DNA of 64,000 nt, taken from positions 1-64,000 of the IMG/VR virus record IMGVR_UViG_3300030451_005868; one strand, written 5' to 3'. The notes under the pieces were generated by a model. That model worked only from the letters and a program-made list of their open reading frames with translations. It searched no databases and had not been told where the DNA came from. The first letter of the stretch is position 1; each line of letters opens with the position of its first letter. Made by a program: the position numbers and the translations under genes. Below are positions 47,362 through 56,800 of this stretch, piece after piece. This DNA is from a virus.

Positions 47362-47390
47362 ATTATATTGTAATTATGGATGTAAATCAA
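47362..47390 (-). promoter_or_regulatory. sigma70-type promoter TTGATT-N17-TATAAT driving the minus-strand enzyme operon (likely leaderless)
   Basis: Reverse complement reads TTGATT TACATCCATAATTACAA TATAAT TGTGGT ATG(47355). Confidence 0.7.
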
Positions 47391-47405
47391 CCTGGATAAA
47401 ATAAA

Positions 47406-48365
47406 TTATGATACTGAGTTGCTGACTTCTGCGTTTGAAGACGACTGAATTGCGGCGGCTAAACCTTGTGCATCTGTTGGATGTACTTCAATTAAGGCCA
47501 TTGTCATGATAGGCGCTTCGTTGGGATTTGTCGGTACACCGGCAGTGTTACCAGCAGTGAATGTATCATCCCCAGCGGCATCAGTTGATACCATTTTGAC
47601 TGTCATTACCGTAGCACTGCCAACCGCGGCGTCTAATTTTGCTGAGATCTCCACCGTGTTTGAAGTGTAGCCTGAGTTGTCAGATGTCAATTTGATAATT
47701 GTTGTATAGCCTGTTCCTAAATCATGAAAGCCATTTGCTAGACCGTTAGTGGTCAATGTTTCACCTGATCCTGATCTTGTGCTGGCTTGAGACCCAATAT
47801 CTAAGTTTCCTATTGCTGTGGTGGTTAGATCATCAAAAACTGTGTCTTTGTCTCCGTCAATACCTGTTGTAGCACTAGGATCAACTCTTATTTTTCCACC
47901 TGCATTGAAAAAATGTCTCATAGCATCTGCACTGGCAAAGGTAACTGATCGTTCAATAGTAGATGTGTTATTCCATGTACTTGCATTTGAACTTGAACCT
48001 ACAGCGTTAGTTCCAAGTGCTGTTGCATTTGGTGAACCTGCCGCAACCGATGCCGCCAATGTGGCCAAATCCGCCTCTACTGCTGATTTGATTTCTATTG
48101 TTTGGCCTGCCGCAACTGAAGTTCTTGCTGTGAGTGAATCATTTGTGTGATTGGCAATGTTGTCCATTCCTGTTAGAAGTGAGTTCCATTGTGATGCATT
48201 GATTGTGCCTGCTCCTGCTGTCACTGTGGCTATGTGAGTCTGTCCTAATCCGTATTCTCCTGATCCTGTACCAGCAAAGTGGTTGTATCCAAACGGACTT
48301 GAACTGTTGTTCACAAACGTGTTATACGTGTCTGCTGTAATTGTATCACCTGATGCGTATGCCAT
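47406..48365 (-). CDS. Ser/Thr/Ala-rich virion structural protein (tail/baseplate-associated)
   Basis: 'MAY..GD.ITA..YN', 'GYG-like GLGQT', 'I.ASQW..L', 'F.S....RHFFNAGG.IR'; composition of a virion beta-protein; co-oriented with fibre genes. Confidence 0.6.
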   Translation of the reverse strand: MAYASGDTITADTYNTFVNNSSSPFGYNHFAGTGSGEYGLGQTHIATVTAGAGTINASQWNSLLTGMDNIANHTNDSLTARTSVAAGQTIEIKSAVEADLATLAASVAAGSPNATALGTNAVGSSSNASTWNNTSTIERSVTFASADAMRHFFNAGGKIRVDPSATTGIDGDKDTVFDDLTTTAIGNLDIGSQASTRSGSGETLTTNGLANGFHDLGTGYTTIIKLTSDNSGYTSNTVEISAKLDAAVGSATVMTVKMVSTDAAGDDTFTAGNTAGVPTNPNEAPIMTMALIEVHPTDAQGLAAAIQSSSNAEVSNSVS

Positions 48366-48366
48366 T

Positions 48367-50013
48367 TTACTTAACTCCTATCACACATTCTGTTAAATTT
48401 GTTTCTTCGTTATATTTAGCCTTGATCACACGGCCTATGACGTTAAAAGCGGTACATTCGTCCAGTGAGGCCGCTCGTGCCACTCCGTTTCCAGCACTGA
48501 TTACTCTGTCGCCTGCTTTTGCTGTGCCTGAAATCTTCACAAACACCCGTCCTTTGAGTGCTATCATTGGATGTGTATCATTGTTACCTGCCTGTGCGTT
48601 CATCAAAACTGCTGGAGTTTCGGACACAACTCCAAACACTGCGTTACATGATTCTGTTATGCATTTGGTTATTTCTTCCGATCCGCCCAAACATACCAAA
48701 TCACCAACCTCAACTGGTGTGTCAGTGGCGTATCTCTCAGCCAAGTCCGCGTATTGTGCCGATGTTGATGTGGCATGTACCACGTTGGCTCTGATATCTA
48801 CCAGCGTGGCCGCTGATAATTCTTCACCTACACCTGCGGATTTGAATGCTGTCCAGGCGCCGCCTGCATTTCCAAACACAGTAGTGCCGTCGTCTGCAAA
48901 CGTTTCATCCCATACCCAGAACAAATCTTGTTCAGTGGCAACTGATGTCTCACCTCTGTTTACTTTTAATCCTGAAAAATTTGGCATGCCAGACGCACTA
49001 GAAATATTTCTATTCAATTCCAAAATGTTATCTTCAACAGACATTGTTGAAGTGTTCATTATCACCTGTGTGCCATCCACAGTAAGATTTCCTTTGACTC
49101 TTATATCTCCAACACTAGGCAGTTCCAAACGCCCTGTATCACCGTCCAGTGTCATCAGTGTTGTGGTTGTTCCGCCATCGTTGACTGTGAAAATAATATC
49201 TTTGTCTTGTGTGGTTTGTGCAATTGTGAGATTATCACTTGATAGACTCATAGTGATGTCTGAACCAGCACCTAATACCAATCCGTCGTCATTTTGGATT
49301 GTGAGTTTACCGGTTGTAGTGTCGTCTTCATTGGCACGTAAAAAGTTTGCCGCGACAACTCCGCCAAGTGCCTCAGAATCAGTTGCTGTACCTCTGAACT
49401 TTGCAGACGAAACAGTAGAAGACAATTGAATACCTTGTGCCACGGTGCTAAATCCTGCAGTGATCAATGCCGCTCCGTTTGTTTCTGTCGAACTTGGAGT
49501 GAATGCTATGTCAGATACTACGCCAACCACATTGTCGTTGGACACCATTTTAAGAATAGATCTGTTTACTCCGGTGTTATCTTGTACTGTGTCTGTTGTA
49601 AATTGTGTGACTCCAGATCCTGCAATTGTTGTTGGTCCAATTAGTGTAAAAGCAGATCCGTTATAAACATAAAGTTGTTTATTTGTTGTGTCAAACCACA
49701 TATCTCCTAACACAGCATTAGTAGGAGCAGTAGTTGAATTTGTAGATGATCCAACAGGTTTGAACTTTGTGCCTGTGTAAACGTTCAATTGCTTGTTTGT
49801 TTGATCATACCAAAGTTGTCCTGTGATCTTGTTGCTAGGTGCTGATGTGTTGTTAAAATTTTCTAGTAGTTTAACAAGGTTTTCGTTTAATGCTTCCCCA
49901 AACCCTGCATAACCTTTGCCTATTAGTGTAAGATCAGTTGCGGCTGTATCGATGGTGCCATCAGCCAATGTGACCAATAAGGTTCCAAATGTGTTGTTGA
50001 TTTTATATGCCAT
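48367..50013 (-). CDS. tail-fibre-like protein with C-terminal chaperone/peptidase-G2-like domain
   Basis: N-terminal 'DLTLIGKGYAGFGE..NENLVKLLENF', two 'GQLW/GDMW' repeats, C-terminal 'ATSTSAQYADLAERY...GVVS..PA..MN...IALKGRV.VK'. Confidence 0.7.
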   Translation of the reverse strand: MAYKINNTFGTLLVTLADGTIDTAATDLTLIGKGYAGFGEALNENLVKLLENFNNTSAPSNKITGQLWYDQTNKQLNVYTGTKFKPVGSSTNSTTAPTNAVLGDMWFDTTNKQLYVYNGSAFTLIGPTTIAGSGVTQFTTDTVQDNTGVNRSILKMVSNDNVVGVVSDIAFTPSSTETNGAALITAGFSTVAQGIQLSSTVSSAKFRGTATDSEALGGVVAANFLRANEDDTTTGKLTIQNDDGLVLGAGSDITMSLSSDNLTIAQTTQDKDIIFTVNDGGTTTTLMTLDGDTGRLELPSVGDIRVKGNLTVDGTQVIMNTSTMSVEDNILELNRNISSASGMPNFSGLKVNRGETSVATEQDLFWVWDETFADDGTTVFGNAGGAWTAFKSAGVGEELSAATLVDIRANVVHATSTSAQYADLAERYATDTPVEVGDLVCLGGSEEITKCITESCNAVFGVVSETPAVLMNAQAGNNDTHPMIALKGRVFVKISGTAKAGDRVISAGNGVARAASLDECTAFNVIGRVIKAKYNEETNLTECVIGVK

Positions 50014-50022
50014 TGAACTCCA

Positions 50023-51642
50023 TTAACACCTTCCTACTACCATTTCTATTGTGCCTTCTGATTCTGAGTGTGAAGATAGTGCCTTGCCAATTACAGATCC
50101 AAATGTTGGATTGCTTTCTGCTCTGGCAAACCCGTCACCTGCTGACACTAACATGTCACCTGGTTGTACAGTACCTTTTACTTTTACTTTCACTCTTCCC
50201 ATCAAAGCAACAACTGCCGCGGAATTTGTTAATGAAGCGTTCATTAAGTATGCTGGATTTTCTGATATAACACCTGCAACTTTTGTACACATGTCTTGAT
50301 TACAAATAGTCACTTCTGGTTCGCCACTGAACATCATTACTGTGCCAGGCTCGTACTCAGCATCTGTTGTGTATTTTTCTGCCAAGTCAGCGTATTGTGC
50401 CGAAGTAGATGTGGCATGTACCACATTCGCTCTAATATCAACTAGATCTTTGTTTGTTAAGTCGTTGTCAGATCTATAAGCAGTCCAGGCACCACCAGCA
50501 TTTCCAAATGTAGTTGTGCCGTCATCTGAGAATGTTTCGTCCCATACCCAAAATAGATCTTCTTCTGTTCCTGATGCCGCTTCACCTCTATTGGCTTTGA
50601 TACCAGTAAAGTCCGGCATACCAGATGCACTTGATACGTTCCTGTTTAATTCTAATATACTGTCTTCTATACTAAGGTTTGTTGTGTTAAGAATCACTTG
50701 TTCACCAGTGACCTCTAAGTCTTTTACTCTAAGTCTACTAATTGCACCTTGCAATCTCATGACTTCTGTAGTGACACCTCCGTCATTGACAGTAAAGATC
50801 ATGTCTTTGTCTTGTTCGGTTTGTGCAAATGTCACATCGTTGCTGGATACTGAAATGGTCAAGTCTTGTGAATCACCAATTATCACTCCAGTGTCGTTGT
50901 CAATGGTTAAAGCGCCTGTTGTGGTATCTGATGCGTCTGCCCGTAAAAAGTTTCCGCCTGCTACTAAACTGGCAGAACTATTTGTTGTACCACTGACATC
51001 TACAAATGCGGCCGATGTGTTAGTCCCTTCGAATACTGCACTCAATGTTGAATTAAGTGTTAGTCCTGCCTTGATAGAAGCAAATCCTGTCTGCGATACT
51101 GATGGTGTGAATGTTTCTTTTGATAGTATGGCTACTCTTGTGCTATTAGCGTACATTGATGACACAACTTTATCACCACCAGAACTAGCAATTGTTTCTA
51201 TTACAAATCCTGACTCACCTTGTGAAGCAGTATGAACCGGACCTAATAGTTCCCATTTATCATTAATTTGGTGTGATCTTGAATCTCCTGTGTACACAAA
51301 CACTTGGTCATTTGTTGAGTCTAACCATAAATCACCTTGCCCTGGTGAAGTTGGTACTGATGTTGAAGGTTGAGCACCTCCTGCTGGTTCAAACTGTGAA
51401 CCGTTGTACACTTTCAGTTGTCCTGTGTTTGTATCAAACCATAATTGTCCACGTAACGGAGTTGTGGGTGCTGATGTTGATGCAGAATTTTCTAATAATT
51501 TTACAAGGTTTTCGTTTAAATTTTCACCCCATCCAGAATAACTTTTTCCTATTAGTGTAAGGTTGGTTGCGGTTGTGTTTATTGTGCCGTCTACTATTGT
51601 TGCTAGGATTGTTCCGTCTGTTTTGTTTATTGTGTAAGCCAT
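50023..51642 (-). CDS. tail-fibre-like protein, paralogue 2
   Basis: Same architecture: 'NLTLIGKSYSGWGENLNENLVKLLEN', 'GQLW/GDLW', 'ATSTSAQYADLAEKY...GVISENPAYLMN...VALMGRV'. Confidence 0.7.
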   Translation of the reverse strand: MAYTINKTDGTILATIVDGTINTTATNLTLIGKSYSGWGENLNENLVKLLENSASTSAPTTPLRGQLWFDTNTGQLKVYNGSQFEPAGGAQPSTSVPTSPGQGDLWLDSTNDQVFVYTGDSRSHQINDKWELLGPVHTASQGESGFVIETIASSGGDKVVSSMYANSTRVAILSKETFTPSVSQTGFASIKAGLTLNSTLSAVFEGTNTSAAFVDVSGTTNSSASLVAGGNFLRADASDTTTGALTIDNDTGVIIGDSQDLTISVSSNDVTFAQTEQDKDMIFTVNDGGVTTEVMRLQGAISRLRVKDLEVTGEQVILNTTNLSIEDSILELNRNVSSASGMPDFTGIKANRGEAASGTEEDLFWVWDETFSDDGTTTFGNAGGAWTAYRSDNDLTNKDLVDIRANVVHATSTSAQYADLAEKYTTDAEYEPGTVMMFSGEPEVTICNQDMCTKVAGVISENPAYLMNASLTNSAAVVALMGRVKVKVKGTVQPGDMLVSAGDGFARAESNPTFGSVIGKALSSHSESEGTIEMVVGRC

Positions 51643-51652
51643 TTGTGTATAT

Positions 51653-53146
51653 TTAGCACCTTCCCACTACAATATTAATCGTGCCAATTTCGCTGGAATC
51701 GTAGTCTTCTAATGCTTTTCCTATCACTGAGCCTACTGGTGGATAGTAAGATGATGTTGCACATCCTGTTTCACCTGATGAGACTAGCAGTGATCCTTTT
51801 GTAATTGTACCATGTACCTTGCATTTGACTTTTCCCGCCAAAGCCACCGGCTGTCCCTCAGATTTGCTGTTCATGATGTAAGCCGGGTTTTCACTGATCA
51901 CACCTGCTATTCTCGTATCATATTTTTGATCACTTACTGTAATTTCTTTTGCGCCGCCAAATACAACCACTGTACCTATTTCGTACTGAGTGTCAGTTTC
52001 ATAAATCTCAGCCAAGTCAGCGTATTGTGCCGATGTTGCTTTGGCATGAACTGTGCTGTAACCTTTTGAACTAGTTCCTATATCATAAGTGTCATCTAGA
52101 TCAGGCTCAATCTCTTGGGTGACCATTTTGTCTGTCATGGTCAATGTGGCCATAGTATTAGCGCCAGTGCTTGATATATTTCCTGTTACATTACCTGTCA
52201 ATGGACCTGCAAAAGCAGTTGATGTAGTAGTGCCTGATATGTCAAGTTTAGTGCTAGGTGTTGTTGTTCCTATTCCAATTCTTGAAGTGCTACCATCTAT
52301 TGTCATCATAGTAATTGTAGAACCGCCATCATTGACTTTGAATGTAATGTCAGTATCCTGTGTAGCATTTGAAATAATTGCTCCTCCAGAATCAACTGAA
52401 ATTGTTAGATCACTGTCAACTCCAACTATCACTCCACCATCGTTAGCAACTGTCACTGTACCTGATGTAGTATCATTAGCATTTGATCTAAAATAGTTTG
52501 CGGCCGCAACATCACCTAAAGCATCTGCATTAGTCGCTGTACCGTTGAATTTTGTGTCTGATATCGCAGTGGTTAAAGTGATACCCTTTTTAATTGTGGC
52601 AAATCCAGACATAGAAGTTTTTGGTGTAAACTCATCTTCACTTATTATTGCAATCTTATTTCCATCGTTGAATATATTGGTGACATTCTGAGTAACGTCT
52701 GATGTATCAACAATTGAACTGAATGTAAATCCATTTGTTGTACCTGTAGTGCCAGGAGGGCCTACTAACACAGACGCTGTTCCGTTGTAAAAAAACATCT
52801 GTCCGGTATCTGAGTCTATCCATATATCACCTGCAGACATTCCTGTAGGCGCGGACGATTGGTAAGGTGCACTACCGCCACTGTTTTGGAAAGTGGTACC
52901 TGTGTAGACTTTTAATTTGTTATTTGTACTGTCCCACCACAGTTGTCCAGTAATCGGTTTACTTGGTGCATCTCCATTTGCAAAATTTTCAAGTAGATGT
53001 AAAAAGTTTTCAGCAATCAGTTCACCATAACCTGCGTAACCTTTTCCAATAAAACTCAAATCAGTTTGTGCGTTGACCACACCATCTTGTACTGTGTACT
53101 GATTTGGAGACGCTGAACTATTAGTTTTGTTGACAGTATATGGCAT
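51653..53146 (-). CDS. tail-fibre-like protein, paralogue 3
   Basis: 'DLSFIGKGYAGYGE..AENFLHLLENF', 'RIGIGTTTPSTKLDISG' fibre motif, 'ATSAQYADLAEIY...VALAGKV'. Confidence 0.7.
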   Translation of the reverse strand: MPYTVNKTNSSASPNQYTVQDGVVNAQTDLSFIGKGYAGYGELIAENFLHLLENFANGDAPSKPITGQLWWDSTNNKLKVYTGTTFQNSGGSAPYQSSAPTGMSAGDIWIDSDTGQMFFYNGTASVLVGPPGTTGTTNGFTFSSIVDTSDVTQNVTNIFNDGNKIAIISEDEFTPKTSMSGFATIKKGITLTTAISDTKFNGTATNADALGDVAAANYFRSNANDTTSGTVTVANDGGVIVGVDSDLTISVDSGGAIISNATQDTDITFKVNDGGSTITMMTIDGSTSRIGIGTTTPSTKLDISGTTTSTAFAGPLTGNVTGNISSTGANTMATLTMTDKMVTQEIEPDLDDTYDIGTSSKGYSTVHAKATSAQYADLAEIYETDTQYEIGTVVVFGGAKEITVSDQKYDTRIAGVISENPAYIMNSKSEGQPVALAGKVKCKVHGTITKGSLLVSSGETGCATSSYYPPVGSVIGKALEDYDSSEIGTINIVVGRC

Positions 53147-53148
53147 TT

Positions 53149-53874
53149 TTAATATCCTGTGCTACTACCTGAAGAAGTACCGCTGATTGTGTTTGAAGTT
53201 GACAACGCAGTTGAACTTGTTTCAGTAAATGTTGTTAAACTTTGTATTCTAAGTGTATAATCAATCTGTATCAATCTATTCAAAGATTTTTGAACTGGGT
53301 GAAATACCACGTGTGTCAACAATTTATTTGTTGATCCGTTTTCTGTACCTTCATAACTTTTTAATCCTAATTCATCAAAAACAAAGTCGCCATTAAAGTT
53401 TGTTGTGTTATCAAATGCTTCTTGTCCAGTAGGCTCACCATAATCTAAAGTACAAGTACAAACTATGTCTGTGTATTTGTTACCTGCTGTATGACGCACC
53501 TCCATTTTGTTTCTAGTTGTGTCTTTGTTTGTGACAGAGTTGTCATCTATCACTTTATAATAAGTTTGATTGTAAAGTGTGGCGTTGCTTCCTGTAGAGT
53601 TAGGCGTAAGATAAGTTATAATTCCTGTTGGATCCACTGAGGTTCCACCATTACCAAAAGCCATTTCATGTATAAATCCTGATGTCTTGTTGGCCAATGA
53701 ATTTGCAAGAGCCTGTGACATGTTTTCATAATGGATAGCATTTCTTTTATCCACTATCACCTCTCCAGTCTCAGGATCAAAAATTTTGATGTGACCCTGC
53801 ATCATCACACCTGACTGATCATTAGGCTTTTTGTTTTCTTCTTGTGATTCTGTGTGTTTATTTTCTTCTGTCAT
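53149..53874 (-). CDS. virion structural protein (baseplate/tail-associated)
   Basis: Start ATG 53874 after TAAATA; 'GHIKIFDP.TGEV.VDKRNAIHYEN', 'FDELGL', 'THVVFHPVQKSLNR.IQIDYT'. Confidence 0.6.
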   Translation of the reverse strand: MTEENKHTESQEENKKPNDQSGVMMQGHIKIFDPETGEVIVDKRNAIHYENMSQALANSLANKTSGFIHEMAFGNGGTSVDPTGIITYLTPNSTGSNATLYNQTYYKVIDDNSVTNKDTTRNKMEVRHTAGNKYTDIVCTCTLDYGEPTGQEAFDNTTNFNGDFVFDELGLKSYEGTENGSTNKLLTHVVFHPVQKSLNRLIQIDYTLRIQSLTTFTETSSTALSTSNTISGTSSGSSTGY

Positions 53875-53884
53875 CCTAGTGTAT

Positions 53885-56800
53885 TTATTCAGGTGCATTT
53901 GTCGGCTCATCCGCTATGAAACGAGCCTGAACTGTGCTTGATGCTTGTAAACCTTTACCATCTGCAGGATTACCATCAGCCGCTGTATACCATACCTGTC
54001 CTCTCTTGTGTAGTATTTTGACCTGTGTATCTGCCGCTGGTGCTGTGCTTAATGTCACTGCCGCAGTCGATCCGTCCACAGAGTAGTTAATAGTTGATCC
54101 GTCTTCGCTAGTGAGCAACAATCGTTGGCCACCAATGAATATGTCTAACTCACTAGCAGAAGCGGGTGTTTGTGATAGATTAAACGTTGCAGTACTACCA
54201 TCACCAGTAAATGTATTGGTGTATACTGTGTCCGTATAAGGTATAGTTTGAGTACCAGACGCATCTACCACTGCTGTGCCTGAACTATGATCCTTAATTC
54301 CTGTACCAAGTGTGCCTCGTCTTAGTTGGCCTAAAGTGTCTCCTGACTTGGTAAAATATTCTATTCTTTCTTTATCAACAAAAATTACACCTGGTATGTT
54401 GTTGGCCGCATTTGGCTCCGGCAACACAGTTCCATCCTCAACTTGAATAACGATAGATTCGTCTGTTACATCTTGTGCAATTTTTGTTGTGGCATTTTTG
54501 TTTATTCGTTTGTAAAAAGTTCTATTCAACATGTCTTTGAATATTCTAAAACCTGTTGCTCCAATTGCAGATTCAACCGCAAAATACATCACATCCAATC
54601 TGTCTGAAGATGTGATACTTGTTTTGTTCAACACAGTTAAAGTATTGCCTGACACTGTGAAGCCAGTACCAGGAGTCAACTGTTCTCCATTGAACCATGC
54701 AAAAGTGTAACTTGGATTCAAGGTATCAAATCTCAGTTTGAATACATTATTAGTCTTGCCTTCCAATACCTCCCTACGTAGTTTCATTCCCAAAGCATTA
54801 TTAAATGTGGTGACATTTATCACATCACCACTGGATAAAGAATATCCATCTGAAGAAATTTGAGCAGGTTCTAGTATGACGTCTGTGCCATCAACTGTGT
54901 AATGATTATCAACTAATGTTGAAATTGCAATTAGGTCATTTTGTGCTGGTGCTGTAACAAATGAAATTCTGTCTGGAGATCCAGCCACATCTGTTGTGAC
55001 TAAAGTAGTGTCCACTGTGTCAGTTTCATCAGCAGTCAGAATAGTGCCTGCAAGATCCACCACATAATCTGTGTTCTGTACCTGTTTCACCCCATTGACA
55101 TGCACAACAATTTGTGATGGATCTGTGATAGTCTTCACAGGATCAATTGTGCTGTCTTCACCTAATGTGTTTGTAAATGTTGAATCTTCTCCCAAACCTG
55201 TCAATGGATTGAATCCATATCTAGTGGTAGTGCCATCTCCAACATAGTAACTGATGTCAGGACCACGTAACATTTTTCCGCCCACTTCGATCATTGTCAA
55301 ACCTGATAGAGGACCAATTGCTCCTGGAGGAAACGACAATGTGTATCTTGTTATGGCACTGTTAAATGTGATTAGTTCATTTCTAATACTTGCAAAACTT
55401 CTTGTGGACGTAGTTGATTTGTTGAAACCAGCGATCTGAACAAAAGCGTTTGCCGCTGGTGCACTGTCAAATGTAACTGTGATTGTGTTTGCAGTGGTTG
55501 TAGTTGAAAATAAAGTAGTTGGGCCTCCGTCAATGGTCACGTAGATGTCACTGGCAGTTGAATCCAAATTAAATTCTCCTCTGGTGCTTGTGGTGAATGT
55601 GGTAGTTGATCCGTCACCTCGGTATTGGTCCAATACTCTGTAGTTTTCACCTGATACAGCAAAAGTTCTAACACTGATTGCTTTTCCTAGTCCTGGCGCA
55701 CTTCCAAATGTGATTGTTTTGTCTCCAACATCAACTGTGTAGTCTGTGGTTAATCGTTTGACTGTGCCGTCTACAGAAACTGTTACTGATGCAAGAGATC
55801 CAGGGAAATCTCCTAATGCAAAAGTAGTAGTTACAGCATCTCCTGTATATAAATTTTCAGTTATAAATGGAACTCCAGACTCTGGTGATGTATAAACTTT
55901 GATATCAACTGTGTCAAACATTTGGCCTGGTACAGCCTCTTCTGGTGCGTAACTTGTTTCTGGTGATACAAATTGATCACCGTCGGTAAGTATATCACTG
56001 GCCGCTGTGCCTAATGCAGTGTTGAATAGGCCCCCTTTTAATAATGTATCAAGTGTTCTATCATCCGTTGGTGTCAGCACTCCGTCATCATCAATAGGAA
56101 TAAACTCTACTAAAGCATTTTCGTCTGGAGTGGTGCTGAGTTGGAAACTGGTTGTGGAGCCATCTCCTCTAAACACATCTGACAGTTTAGTTCTTGTGCT
56201 ATCGCCTAAAGTGGTGTATACAGAATATACATCTGACTTGGCAGGAGCAGTTGTGAAAGTATATGTGTTTGTAGAGCCATCTGCAATAAAGGCTTTGACA
56301 CGTGTGTCACCAAAATTGTCCCATGGATAATCATACCAATCAGCGTTATCCCATCCTTGTCCTTGACGGAATAGTAATCCTGTAACCATTGTGCCACCGT
56401 AATCTACACCCGCCATTAGTTGGGATAATTCATTACCAGGCATACCTGAACCTGGTGTGTAGAATCCTGCTGTTCTGTCTGCGGCAGTTAGGCCTGTTTC
56501 GTCACCTCGTATTTTATAAACTTTGCCAATGTTGTCATTGAATTTAGTATTTGAAGTGAAATGATCTGTAGCCTTATACAATTCATTGTTGTATCTAATT
56601 AATTGTCCGTAAGCATAGGAAGTGTTTATGGCCCAATCTACCACAGCATGAACTGGATGAACTCTGTCAAACTTGATAGTGGTATCAATATCTCTCACAA
56701 GATCATTCTGTAAATTAGCATATGCTCTCGCAGTGTCACTTGGTGTGGTGCCATCATTTTTTCCGCCAGTAAGAACCACAGTAGGAGTTGTAGTATAATT

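Noticed and set aside
48367-53146. Diversity-generating retroelement or invertible tail-fibre cassette
   Set aside because: No reverse transcriptase or invertase in the window; repeats are direct, all within intact ORFs, and differences are not adenine-specific.
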